DNA of 64,000 nucleotides. It comes from Geosiphon pyriformis uo1. Taxonomy: Eukaryota > Fungi > Glomeromycota. Made by a program: the position numbers and the translations under genes. The notes under the pieces are model-generated. The model worked only from the letters and a program-made list of their open reading frames with translations, did not search any database and was not told the DNA's origin. Positions 10,983-21,668 of this stretch are shown piece by piece (within the stretch, counting starts at the first letter, position 1; the number at the start of each line of letters is the position of its first letter). The DNA is taken from positions 353,532-417,531 of the forward strand of contig JAAOMT010000603.1 in the NCBI GenBank assembly GCA_016748015.1, written 5' to 3'.

Positions 10983-13067
10983 TTCTGCTTATAATGTAAT
11001 CCAATCATAAACTAATTTCATATGACAATATTATTATATATTAAACTCAGATTACACTAAAACAATATGTAATTTGGATTTGTTAAGATTATATTATATC
11101 AAATAAAAAAAATATATTTTGTTTTTTTATTTACCAATACACTAATTTAAATAATTTACATCTTTAAAAAAATTTACATAATTATTGTTTAATTAATTAT
11201 TTGCTATTTTTTTTAAAGATATTTAAAAGTTTTAAAGTATTATTAAATTAATATATGTATTTTTATTTATTAAATATAAAAACTTATTGTCTATTTTTTT
11301 AAAAAACTAGTTTTTTAATCATTATTATATTTTTTTATAAAACTTACAAAATTTTTGTATTAATTAACAATTTGTATTTAAAAAATAAATTTTAATATAA
11401 ATTATTAAATACAATATATTTTTTCTCTTGTCAATCTCCTAATCATAACAAGAGTAAAGATTTATTGAAGAATTAATTCGTTTTTTCTTTCTTTTCTCTT
11501 TGTATCTCTTTAGTTATTTTTTCCAACTTACTATTTTTTGTTGTAATAGAACTGGTAAACTCTTCTCTGCTAATAGTTTTGATTCAAATTTGGCTGATTT
11601 AAAAATCTGCTTAAGCACTAAGAAAAAGTATGTAGAGAGTATATACTTTTAAAGTGTGTTTTATAAAAAGCTAAAAAAGTTTGATGCAAGTATCAATATA
11701 ATCAACTTGTTTACTGGTCTTTAAGTCTTGAAAATATTAGTGTCTTTAGTGACAAGTCAGTAATATTCTGAAAAAAAAAAGTTGGTAGTAAAGCCAGCAG
11801 TATTAGCAGTCTATTAAACATAGAAAATATAAAAAACATAATTATCAAAAAAATTAGCTATGCAAATTTAGATAATTTGATGGTTAACAATAATATGGAT
11901 GATATTATATCACAAAAAACTTGCACTCAAACATATGTGTTAAATTATTTACCAAAAATTTTTTTATTTGTGAATTTAAATAATAATAAAAATGTCTTAA
12001 TGTTTTTATCATTTAATTTTAATAGCTTTAAGCAACTTCTATTAGTCAGGTTATATGTTTTGAAAAAAAGAAGTTTTTATTTGACAAAATTGTTTATATT
12101 GGATATTGAGTTATTTGCTATATCTGGCAAAACTAATAGTAATAAATTAATTACAGTGAAAAAAAATTTTTATTATGTTAATAGTTTTAGGAAAGCATTT
12201 ATTTCCTCAAAATTCTCAGAGATTATTAGGTTATTTTTTATGTCAGAATTAAGTTTAAATAAAGCAAAAAAACTAACAATTTGTGAAAAAATTATGGTGA
12301 ATAATGATATAAAAAAAACAAATAGTTATACAGATCAGAAAATAATTGTTAAAAAGATCTCAATAAATCTTTACAAGTCAGCTATAGAGTTAGTGTTTTT
12401 TAAATTTACCAAGATTGTGTTAATTAAGATGCAATTTATTGGTTTTTGGCAAAAAGCCTTAATAAAGTTTGAATTAGCTAAAATTGCCAATTTGGTCATG
12501 GCTAAGTAGTCTATTTTTATAAGAAAAAATTCTATATATATGGTGTTGACTATTAATAATAAACAAATATAAATATTTAAAAATCAGTATTAAACTTTGT
12601 TATATACTTTATTAATTGGCACTACTGTTTATAATCTTATTGTTTTATTGGAATTATATGATAAAAAGACTTGTTATATTAGTTACAATTTTGGTTTTTA
12701 TGTTTATAACAAATGTGTTGTGATTTGTTTTGCTAATAAAACATCAAAAAAGATGGTTATTAGTTTTATTTTTGTCTTTAAAAATGTAAATTGCATTGAA
12801 CTGGCCTTTTTTTGGCCTATTGTGCTCAGTATAAACAATTTAATTATGTTTTTAGTATGTGTTCAGTAAATGAGAATTTAGATAATTATAATAAATAGGT
12901 AATCAATTCTCAAGATAAGATTTACTTAGCAAATATATATATAAAAAAACAGACACTAATTGCTCAACCAGTCTTATTTGGTGAAAAAACTTGGGCTTAA
13001 ATTGCTAATAGTTTTGTTTCTTATATAATATCTTTGGTTTTTTTGGCACTAATTTATCTTTAAATAT

Positions 13068-13808
13068 TGTTATGGTTGAAATCCATAATTTTTATTAGTT
13101 ATCACATGTATTAGTCATTGATGTCATATAATTAGCCACTCTATTTTTAAATAGTGATCATTGACCTAATCAATGACCTGACCGTTGACCTGATCATTGA
13201 CCTGATCATTGACCTGATCAATGACCTGATTGTTGATCTAATTATTGACCTGATCATTGACCTAATCGTTGACCTGGTTGTTGACTACTTTCAATAGCTA
13301 TATAAGCAATGAGTCTCTTAGCTGTAGAAAATCATCTCTCAGACAAGAATCAAATAAATAAAAATAACAACTTTCATCTCAATAACTCTCTTATTGCTAA
13401 ATTCCCTTTTTCTACCTTCAAGTATCTGAACATCTTAAGATAAAAGATTACTTGTTGGTCTTTTTTCTGTTTGAATAATTGTAATATTTGAAGACTATTT
13501 GTATAAACATAACTGAAAAACACAAGTTGATACCTAATATTGAATTCTAAGAGCGCCGATGTGAAGGCATAGAATTAATACCAGTGGTGATCAATTGTTG
13601 ACAGTACGGACTATCTCTCTACTTTCAGATTCCCTTGTTACCTTTTGAAAAGAATAGTGACTGAGATATTTTATGAGACTGATCTCGCACATTGAATCCA
13701 TACTCATTTAATTTGCTCATTAAAGTTGAATCTTCTTTGATTATTTCTATCATCCTACAATCTTGTTCTCCTTTGCTATCCATTAGCTTGTTACTCCAAC
13801 CTGTAACA
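13068..13808 (+). repeat. 5' LTR of Gypsy-1 (741 bp)
   Basis: TGTTA..TAACA termini; direct repeat of 21024-21668; TATATAA near 13300. Confidence 0.95.
13161..13281 (+). repeat. 12-bp tandem array (consensus TGACCTGATCAT, 10 units) in the U3 region of LTR family 1
   Basis: Direct reading; lies immediately upstream of the LTR TATA-like box. Confidence 0.9.
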
Positions 13809-13814
13809 TGAAAG

Positions 13815-13831
13815 TGGTGCTCTCTGTGAGG
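13815..13831 (+). promoter_or_regulatory. Primer-binding-site candidate of Gypsy-1
   Basis: TGGTGCTCTCTGTGAGG, 6 nt after the 5' LTR; begins with TGG (complement of tRNA CCA). tRNA identity not determined. Confidence 0.65.
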
Positions 13832-13860
13832 TTGTTAAAATTCACTTATTCCCTTATTGT

Positions 13861-15417
13861 ATGGGTGATTACTCATATCTGCCACAGCAATCAGAAGAAC
13901 ACTTTGCAGCACACAACAGAAATGACCTAGATTTTATTGAACTTAATCTTCTGCCTTTCTACTTGATCTGCTTTCTCATTGAAGAACAATTTAGCAGACA
14001 ATTCCAAGACTTTTGGAACTGGTTCCTGAATGAGCATTCACCTGAAACCTACACAACTTATACAACCTATTACTTTGATTAAGCTTATTTTGAAGACAAC
14101 TTTGAAGAAAGAAACAACAGTATCAATTAGCTTTTATATTTTACAACCTTTGAACAACAGCCCCCTGATTTTGAATATCTGAATCATCAAATCCACATTT
14201 GGATTGCTGCCCATCAATCAACAGTAACTTCCCTTAAAACAGAAAAAGAAAGCTACCAAACAGCTTCTATTTTTGATCTCTTTTTAAGTGAATCAGAGCA
14301 CTCCACACAAACAATAACTTCTGAACCAATGGCCCAAGATCCAATGCAAATAAACATCCTGGCCACCCTCCAAAGCATACAAACTGCTTTGGGACAAAGA
14401 AACAACACCCCACTACTCCTATTCAGAGGTAATGCCTAAGATCTAATTGAATGGTTGGACGATTTTGAAAGAGCAGTTACTACAAACCAGTATGATGATA
14501 AATACAAGTTCTAAATCATTGGTGGCTATCTCCAAGGCTCCTCTGCTACCTGGTTTTCACAAGAAACCAATGCTGGTGCTCAACAAAAAATTGTTAGATA
14601 GACTTCAGCAAATATTGGAGAAAACAATACCTCTTTCACTACCCAGTTTGAAAACAAATTCAGAACCCCTATCTTAATATCCAAATGGCATATGGAATTA
14701 GAAAGAAGAACCCAAGATCCTGGTGAAATTGTGACCGAATATGCCAAAGCAATCAGAAAACTCATCAAGCGTGTAGGCTCTAGTAGAAACTGGACTGAAG
14801 AGCAAAAGATCTACTCCTTCACAAAAAGATTGAGAACTGATTTATCATATGCTCTTTGGCCTCTCTTGGCTTTAAAAGATAATCCCACTATGGATATGGC
14901 TATTAAACTCGCCCAAAGAATTGAAGACAATCAAAGAATGCATTTGAGATCCACACTTCCAGTTTTTGCTCCTGCTTCTGTTATGGTTCTTACTCTTCAA
15001 ATGGCTGCTACTTCTTTTGCTGCCCAGACACAAGATCCAAATAAACAATTAATAGATAAACTTACAGCAAATTTTGCTCGGCTATTAGAACCATTAGCCC
15101 AAGCAGTCAAAGATAACCAGCAATCACAAAAACCCAGATTTGAAAACCATTTTAATCAGCCCCAGCAATCTCCTTACCAAAGACAACAAAATCGTGGCCC
15201 TTCTGTGTGTTATAGATGTGGATTAACTGGACATTTCTCCAGAAATTACAACAATCTTCTACTGCCTCCTCCAGCTCCCAGAAACAATGACAACCAAAAC
15301 AACAGACTCAACAACAACAATAATGTCTCCAATCAAAAACCCAATCATGCCAACATCAATTTCTTTAGAGAGAATTCCCTAGTTGAAGCCACTGTTTATC
15401 AGTCTTTAAACTGGTAG
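13861..15417 (+). pseudogene. gag: Gypsy-1 gag (N-terminal extension, capsid, degenerate CCHC knuckle)
   Basis: One frame from the ATG at 13861 with several C>T/G>A stops; FRGNA.DLIEWLDDFE, RTQDPGEIVTEY, CYRCGLTGHFSRNY. Confidence 0.85.
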
Positions 15418-15442
15418 GCACACCTCCAAAGAGTGAGAGTGC
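15405..15442 (+). promoter_or_regulatory. Putative -1 programmed ribosomal frameshift signal (U_UUA_AAC plus downstream stem-loop)
   Basis: Heptamer T TTA AAC at 15405-15411 is phased correctly in the gag frame, and the -1 frame is the pol frame. A 6-nt spacer containing the gag stop is followed by a GCAC..CTC-CAAA-GAG..GTGC hairpin. Confidence 0.65.
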
Positions 15443-16223
15443 AAGCCAACCAGAAGAAAACTTTTTTTATGCTTTTAACTTAACTGATGATGACCATGAC
15501 ATGAATGAACTAGCAATCAACACCTCAGAACCAACCAGAAAGAAGAAAAAAGCCAAGGTTGATTTTGTTTTAGACCCCAACAAAGTCTCAACTTTTGCCA
15601 CTGATAACAATGAGCCACCAAAGACTAAAGTTTTTAAGAATCCTTCAAAGTTGAAACCTCCAGAAATTGTACAAAAATCTGAACCCTATTTCATTGTCAA
15701 AGATCTCATGGAAACTCCAGCACATATTACCTTTGGCCAGTTAATGACCCACCCACAGTTCAGAAAGGATCTTTGCAAATCCTTGATTCCAAAAAAAAAG
15801 ACACCAAAAACCAACAAGCACCCTCGCCAAGCTGGACTTGCTGACAACAGCAATGTTATCTCTCTAATTTGTAAAACCCAAGTGGCTGGATACTTCATTG
15901 ACTTAATTCTGGACAGTGGATCATCTGTTAGTGTCATTGCCAAACACTTCTTGGAAGCAATTGGTAGAAAGATTGATGAATCTTCCACCAGACTAATGAC
16001 CAATGTACATGGTGACAAAAAGAAAAGACTGGGTATTGCCAAAGCTGTTCCTGTCCGCATCAATGGAATCAGCATTAAAACTGACATAAAAGTTTCTGAA
16101 GCCAAAGAATACACCATCATTGTTGGCAATAAATGGCTCAAGAAAGCAAAAGCTTTGCTTGATTATGAATTTTGTGAATTAACTATCAGATGTGGTAAGA
16201 AACCCATTGTGGTTAAGTGTTGC

Positions 16224-17096
16224 TGTTACAGGATGGTTTTCTTGTTATATTTAATTGCCGATATCTTGTTTTAATTGCAATCAGTCTTTCATGAGTTCCT
16301 CAATTCTATTTGTGTGATAATGTCACTGTTATACTGAAGGCTTTCTTTTTAATGTTATGATGTAAGTTATTCTTCAATTCCTGATTGTTGTGTGTGTTTA
16401 TGTACTCCTTCTCAGAGGCTGAACTGAAATCTATCCACTGTTTGGGGTCTTCTCTGAGGCTATTTTTGCAATTGTCTGATGTGTTTCTCTAATCTAAAAA
16501 CACTAAAGGTTAATGGCCTTTAGCACTTTTCCTAATTCTTACAATAAAACTTTTATCAATTAGTAACAACATGAATAATCTTAATCAAGGATTATTTTTC
16601 CAAGGAATTCAGTTGATGAATGATAGTTTCATTCAATAAATAATACAAGTAAGTTTCTTAATACTTTAGGTTGTGATAATTCAGTTTTAAATATTTTTTT
16701 CATTTCTTTTTGATTTAAAGGTTTCTTGGGATATTTAATTTGAAAGTATGATTTAAAGTAGAGTTTGTTAGATAAAATTGGATCTATTGCTTGATAAATT
16801 ATGATTTTTATTACTTGATTGTTTTTTCCCAATATTAAAGCTACTGTATATATACATGTTTGTAGTTCTACGAGAAAACACATTGTAATACTTTCTTTTT
16901 GATATTTCAACCTGGTGTTTGCTGCTATCACCAGTTGATGTTGGCTGCTATTGTGAACTGGTGCTTGCCACTATTGCGAGATGGTGTTTGCTACTATGTT
17001 AATTATTATCTTTCTAAGATTATTACTGCACTATATTATGATTGAATAGTTTGTATTATTTTTATGATTCTTTTGCTAAATTCTTAAACTGTAACA
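16224..17096. mobile_element. Solo LTR of a third family (873 bp) inserted into Gypsy-1 pol
   Basis: Termini TGTTACAG...CTGTAACA; TSD TTGC (16220-16223 / 17097-17100). Removing it restores the pol frame (KPIVVKCC|HWTTSP). Confidence 0.85.
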
Positions 17097-19042
17097 TTGC
17101 CATTGGACAACTTCCCCAGTACCCAAACAAAACCAAGAAGAAAAACAATCAAATGAATCAGATAATGAAGAGAACAATGAAAAAGAAGAACAAAAAGAGC
17201 AAGAAGAAACTGCTGAACTCGCCTATATTACCTTTACTAGCAATAGCAAACCACTGGACAATGTTAAAGCAGACAAAAAAGGAATCATTGTAAATGGCAA
17301 GCTGATCTGCTGGCCTTATTATGATATTCTTAGAAGAACCTTTGAAAAAAAACCTGGCAAAAAAACCAAATACAGTTTATGATGGCATGGTCCTTGTGTC
17401 CAGTGTTGGTGCAACAAACTCTTGTATTCTCCAAGTGATGAATGCAAATCATGTCTGATCTATTACAGAGATTGGGAACCAATCAGTTTGATATCCAGAG
17501 AAGAATTAAAAGAAGTACAGAAGTCCTTTGAAAATGAACCACCTAAGATCCAATCACTGGTTATAGAACAAAAAGAACCCTCCCCAGAAGAAAGAAAAAT
17601 AGACATTGAAAATTTGCTGGCTAGAAATAGCCCAGTTATCTCCAAAGAAGATGATACCTCTGGACATACCCATGTGATACAACACACTATCACCACCAGA
17701 GAAACCCAATCCATCTATTTGAAGTCTTATCAATCCAATTAGCACAATAATGAGTTTATCAAAAAAGAGATAAACCAAATAAAAGAACTTAAATTCATAC
17801 AAAAAACCAAGAGTAAATGAGCTTTCCCAGTTGTAGTAATATCCAAGAAAGATGGAACACTACGCTTTTGTGTCAACTACTGCCAATTAAATGCCATTAC
17901 TAAAAGAGACATGTACCCACTTCCCAAGATTGATGCAATGTTAGACCAATTCAAAGATGCTGCTTTCTTCTTAACCATTGACTTAACTGCTAGATTTTGG
18001 CAAGTAGAGATGGATCCAGAAAGCAGAAAGAAAACTGCCTTTATCATCAAGTATGGCATCTATGAATTCACAGTCATGTCTTTTGGTTTCACCAATGCCC
18101 CTCCCACCTTTCAACGCTTAATAGATAAAGTATTTGAATCAGTCAAGGAAAACTTTGTTCTAGTCTATTTGGATAACATAATGGTATACTCAAAAATCTG
18201 GGATGAACACCTGGAACATTTGCAAAAGATTTTTGACCTCCTCAAAAATGCTGGCCTCAAGATCAACCCAATCAAATCTTTCTTTAGAAAACAATCCACC
18301 CAGTTCCTTGGTTATTTTATCACAAAAGATGGAATCTTTCCTGACTCAGCCAAAATTGAAAAAGTCCAAAACATCAAACAACCAATGAACATTTATAAAC
18401 TATACTCTTTTCTTGGTTTGGCCTCTTATTATCACAAATTTATTAAGGATTTCTCCAAAATCGTCTCTTTTCTCAATCAGCTACTCAAGAAAAATGTCAA
18501 TTACTATTGGGGAACACATCAGCAAAAAGCCTTTAAAACTTTAAAGGAAAAACTGGTTACAGAACTCATCTTCAAGCAACCTGATCTAGATCAACCCTTT
18601 ATCCTCCACACTAATGCATTTGGCTTTGGACTTGGTATTGTTCTCTCCCAAAAAGATGAAGATGACAAAAAACATGCCATAGCCTATGCCAGTAGAACCC
18701 TTTCCCCAGCAGAACAGAACTATTCAGTCACTGAACAAGAATGCTTAGCAGTAGTATGGTCCACCAGTTACTGGAGTAAGTATCTTCTTGGTGTGAAGTT
18801 TTTGGTAGTAACAGATTACCAAGCTTTGGTTTGGCTGGACAACAAAAAGAGGTTAAAACACAAATGGATAACTTGCTGGATACTTCACTTGGATGAATTT
18901 GACTATGATATTCAACATCGCAAAGGAGCTAATCATCAAAACACTGACACTCTTTCCAGACTTATTATCCAGTAACAGAACAACCCTCTTAAACCAAACC
19001 AACTTAATTATTAGTAATTCCCCCTTTTTGACAAATACAATA

Positions 19043-20356
19043 ATGAACTTGAACAACTACTCTGTCTTAATGGAATTTTTGGGTAAAGGACAATACCCAC
19101 TGAAATACACATGACAACAAAGAAAACATTTGTGCAAACAATTAAATTTCTATTTGATTCACCAAAACCAACTTTATAAAAGAAATAGAAAAGATCCTGA
19201 CCACCCCCAGAAAGTTATCAGATTTGAAGAAAGAGAAATTGTGATCTACAATATGCATACTGATCTATTAGCTGGACACTTTGGAAAAACAAAAACAATT
19301 CAGAAAACTCTAGCTCACTATTATTGGTCTATCTTGGAAAAAGACATTGCTGAATACATCAAAACCTGTAATATCTGCCAAAGAAGAGGAAAACCCAATT
19401 GCAAAAAAGATATCCATCCAATCTCTGTTGGTCAACCCTTTGACAAAATTGGTATAGATGTTGTTGAACTTTTAACAATAACTCCTGATGACAACAGATA
19501 CATTATCACAGCTACCGACTATCTTACAAAGTGGGTAGAAGCAAAAGCCACTTCAGACCAAACAGCAGTCTCAATAGCCAATTTCATTTATAAAGATATT
19601 ATTTGTCATCATGGCTGCTCCAAAAAACTTTTATCTGACAGAGGAAGAGCTTTTCTCAGTACACTTGTTGAAAAACTTTGCAGAAAAATGGGAATATGTC
19701 ACAAACTTTTCTCTCCTTATTACCTCCAAACAAATGGCTTAGTAGAATGTTTCAATAGAACACTATGTGAAACCTTAGCCAAAACCAGCGAAGAAACAAA
19801 CTTATAGGACAAAGTACTGTCTTCATCTTTGTTTGCTTATAGAACTGTGAATCATGACATAACAAGTTATAAACTCTTTTATCTATTCTATGGATGAATA
19901 GCAACTCTACCAATAGAAACTGACATTGAGACAATACCCTTTGAAGAAATAACAATAAGGAATTACAAAGACATTTTGCAAAGAAGACTTGGTACCATTC
20001 TTAACTCATTAGTAGAACCACAGATAATTGCCTTTGAAAAGATAAAACAATTCCAAAAGAAGCTTAAGAAAAAGAAAATATATAAAACACTTTCCTTAAG
20101 TGTTGGTGACTTAGTTTTAGAATACTGTTCAGACAGAAACAATGTCTATGGTAATAAATTCTCTAGCCAGTGAAAAAGACTCTTTATAGTCAACAAAGTT
20201 TTAAACAATGGTTTTTATATCTTACAAGATCAATATGGAACAATCTTCAATGATCGCCCTGTTCATGGCACATGACTCAAGAAATATTACAAAGAACCTG
20301 ATTGGTTACCTGTTGTGGTAATACCGACCCAAATGATCAACAAAAATCAGATATAA
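19043..20356 (+). pseudogene. Gypsy-1 integrase (HHCC, DDE, GPF-like tail; no chromodomain), apparently a separate ORF
   Basis: ATG 19043 MNLNNYSVLMEFL; HTDLLAGHFG..CNIC; IGIDVV; LLSDRG; QTNGLVECFN. Reading frame differs from RT/RH. Confidence 0.85.
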
Positions 20357-20397
20357 ATAAATACATCATTCCAAAAACAGAGGTATCTTCAATCAAC

Positions 20398-21054
20398 ATG
20401 AACAATTATTTCCTAGATCAAAACATTCAAAACGCTTTCTACACTCTCCATGAGTACTGAATCAAAAATTATCCAAATGCTACTCTGACCATTAAAAAAC
20501 AAACCACCATAACTAATAACAATAGAATACATACTGTTATTAGACCAAAGAAAACCACTACCAGAAGAGAAAGAATTGGTAGAAAAATGGATAAGTATTT
20601 GCTAGAAAGCATAACAGCAGCAATACTTACACCTTCCATAACAATTGGAAAAATGATTAAAGAAATCTTGTCTATAGACAAAAACTTGTCATATAGAAGA
20701 CAACTAGAATTTTATGGTTGTCTTGGTGAAATTATAGAAAAAATGAAGCTTATGAAGAAAACAACTTCAGAGATACAAGTGGAAATTTTGGGCATTATAC
20801 GATTGGATGTCCCAAGAGTTTTGACCATTGCTAAAAGAGCCAGAACTCTAATACAAAGATTTGGTCTCTTGGATACAAAGCTTATTTCGCCTTAAGTACT
20901 ATACACTCTATTCACAAAAAACTTCAACAAACTAGTTAGTTTTGAGTTAGACAAAACCCTTCAATTAGAATACCCTATAAATAGCTTGATTTCACCGGAG
21001 CTCAATCTCTTTGAAGAAAATGATGTTATGGTTGAAACCCATAATTTTTATTAG
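20398..21054 (+). pseudogene. Gypsy-1 ORF3 (unknown ~218-aa protein in the env position)
   Basis: ATG 20398 to TAG 21052-21054 in one frame with two premature stops (TGA 20458, TAA 20893), both explainable as single C>T changes. Crosses the PPT into the 3' LTR. Confidence 0.7.
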
Positions 21055-21668
21055 TTATCACATGTATTAGTCACTGATGTCATATAATTAGCCACTCTAT
21101 TTTTAGATAGTGATCATTGACTTAGTCGTTGATCTGGTTGTTGACCACTTTCAATAGCTATATAAGCAATGAGTTTCTTAGTTGTAGAAAATCATCTCTC
21201 AGACAAGAATCAAATAAATAAAAATAACAACTTTCATCTCAATAACTCTTTTATTGCTAAATTTCCTTTTCCTACCTTCAAGTATCTGAACATCTTAGGA
21301 TAAAAGATTACTTGTTGGTCTTTTTTCTGTTTGAATAATTGTAGTATTTGAAGACTATTTGTATAAACATAACTGAAAAACACAAGTTGATACCTGATAT
21401 TGAATTCTAAGAGCACCGATGTGAAGGCATAGAATTAATACCAGTGGTAATCAATTGTTGACAGTATGGACTATCTCTCTACCTTCAGATTCCCTTGTTA
21501 CCTTTTGAAAAAAATAGCAACTGAGATATTTTATGAGATTAATCTTGCACATTAAATTCATACTCATTCAATTAGTTCATTAAAGTTGAATCTTCTTTGA
21601 TTATTTCCATCACCCTACAATCCTGTTCTCTCTTGCTATCTGTTAGCTTGTTATTCCAACCCATAACA
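21024..21668 (+). repeat. 3' LTR of Gypsy-1 (645 bp)
   Basis: Direct repeat of 13068-13808 lacking 8 of the 12-bp units; preceded by purine-rich gaagaaaatga. Confidence 0.95.

Larger units (their letters stand above)
15405..18975 (+). pseudogene. pol: Gypsy-1 pol (protease, Cys-rich insert, RT, RNase H), interrupted by a solo LTR
   Basis: LILDSGSSVSVI; YPLPKID..FWQV..KTAF..FGFTNAPPTFQ..YLDN (YLDD mutated); LHTNAFGFGLG..IAYASR..EQECLAVVW..VTDY..NTDTLSR. Confidence 0.9.
13068..21668 (+). mobile_element. Gypsy-1: full-length Ty3/Gypsy LTR retrotransposon (LTR family 1), inactivated
   Basis: Termini TGTTATGG...CCATAACA, 4-bp TSD ATAT (13064-13067 / 21669-21672), two LTRs, PBS-like motif, domain order gag-PR-RT-RH-IN. 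Confidence 0.95.

Noticed and set aside
13161-13281. TGACCT units as nuclear-receptor response elements
   Set aside because: Fungi lack nuclear receptors; the resemblance is likely coincidental.
15395-15432. 38-bp insertion or tiny intron joining gag and pol
   Set aside because: A correctly phased slippery heptamer plus hairpin explains the frame offset more simply; not formally excluded.
20100-20356. Chromodomain at the integrase C-terminus
   Set aside because: Only a degenerate GPF-type tail is present; no chromodomain pattern in either element.
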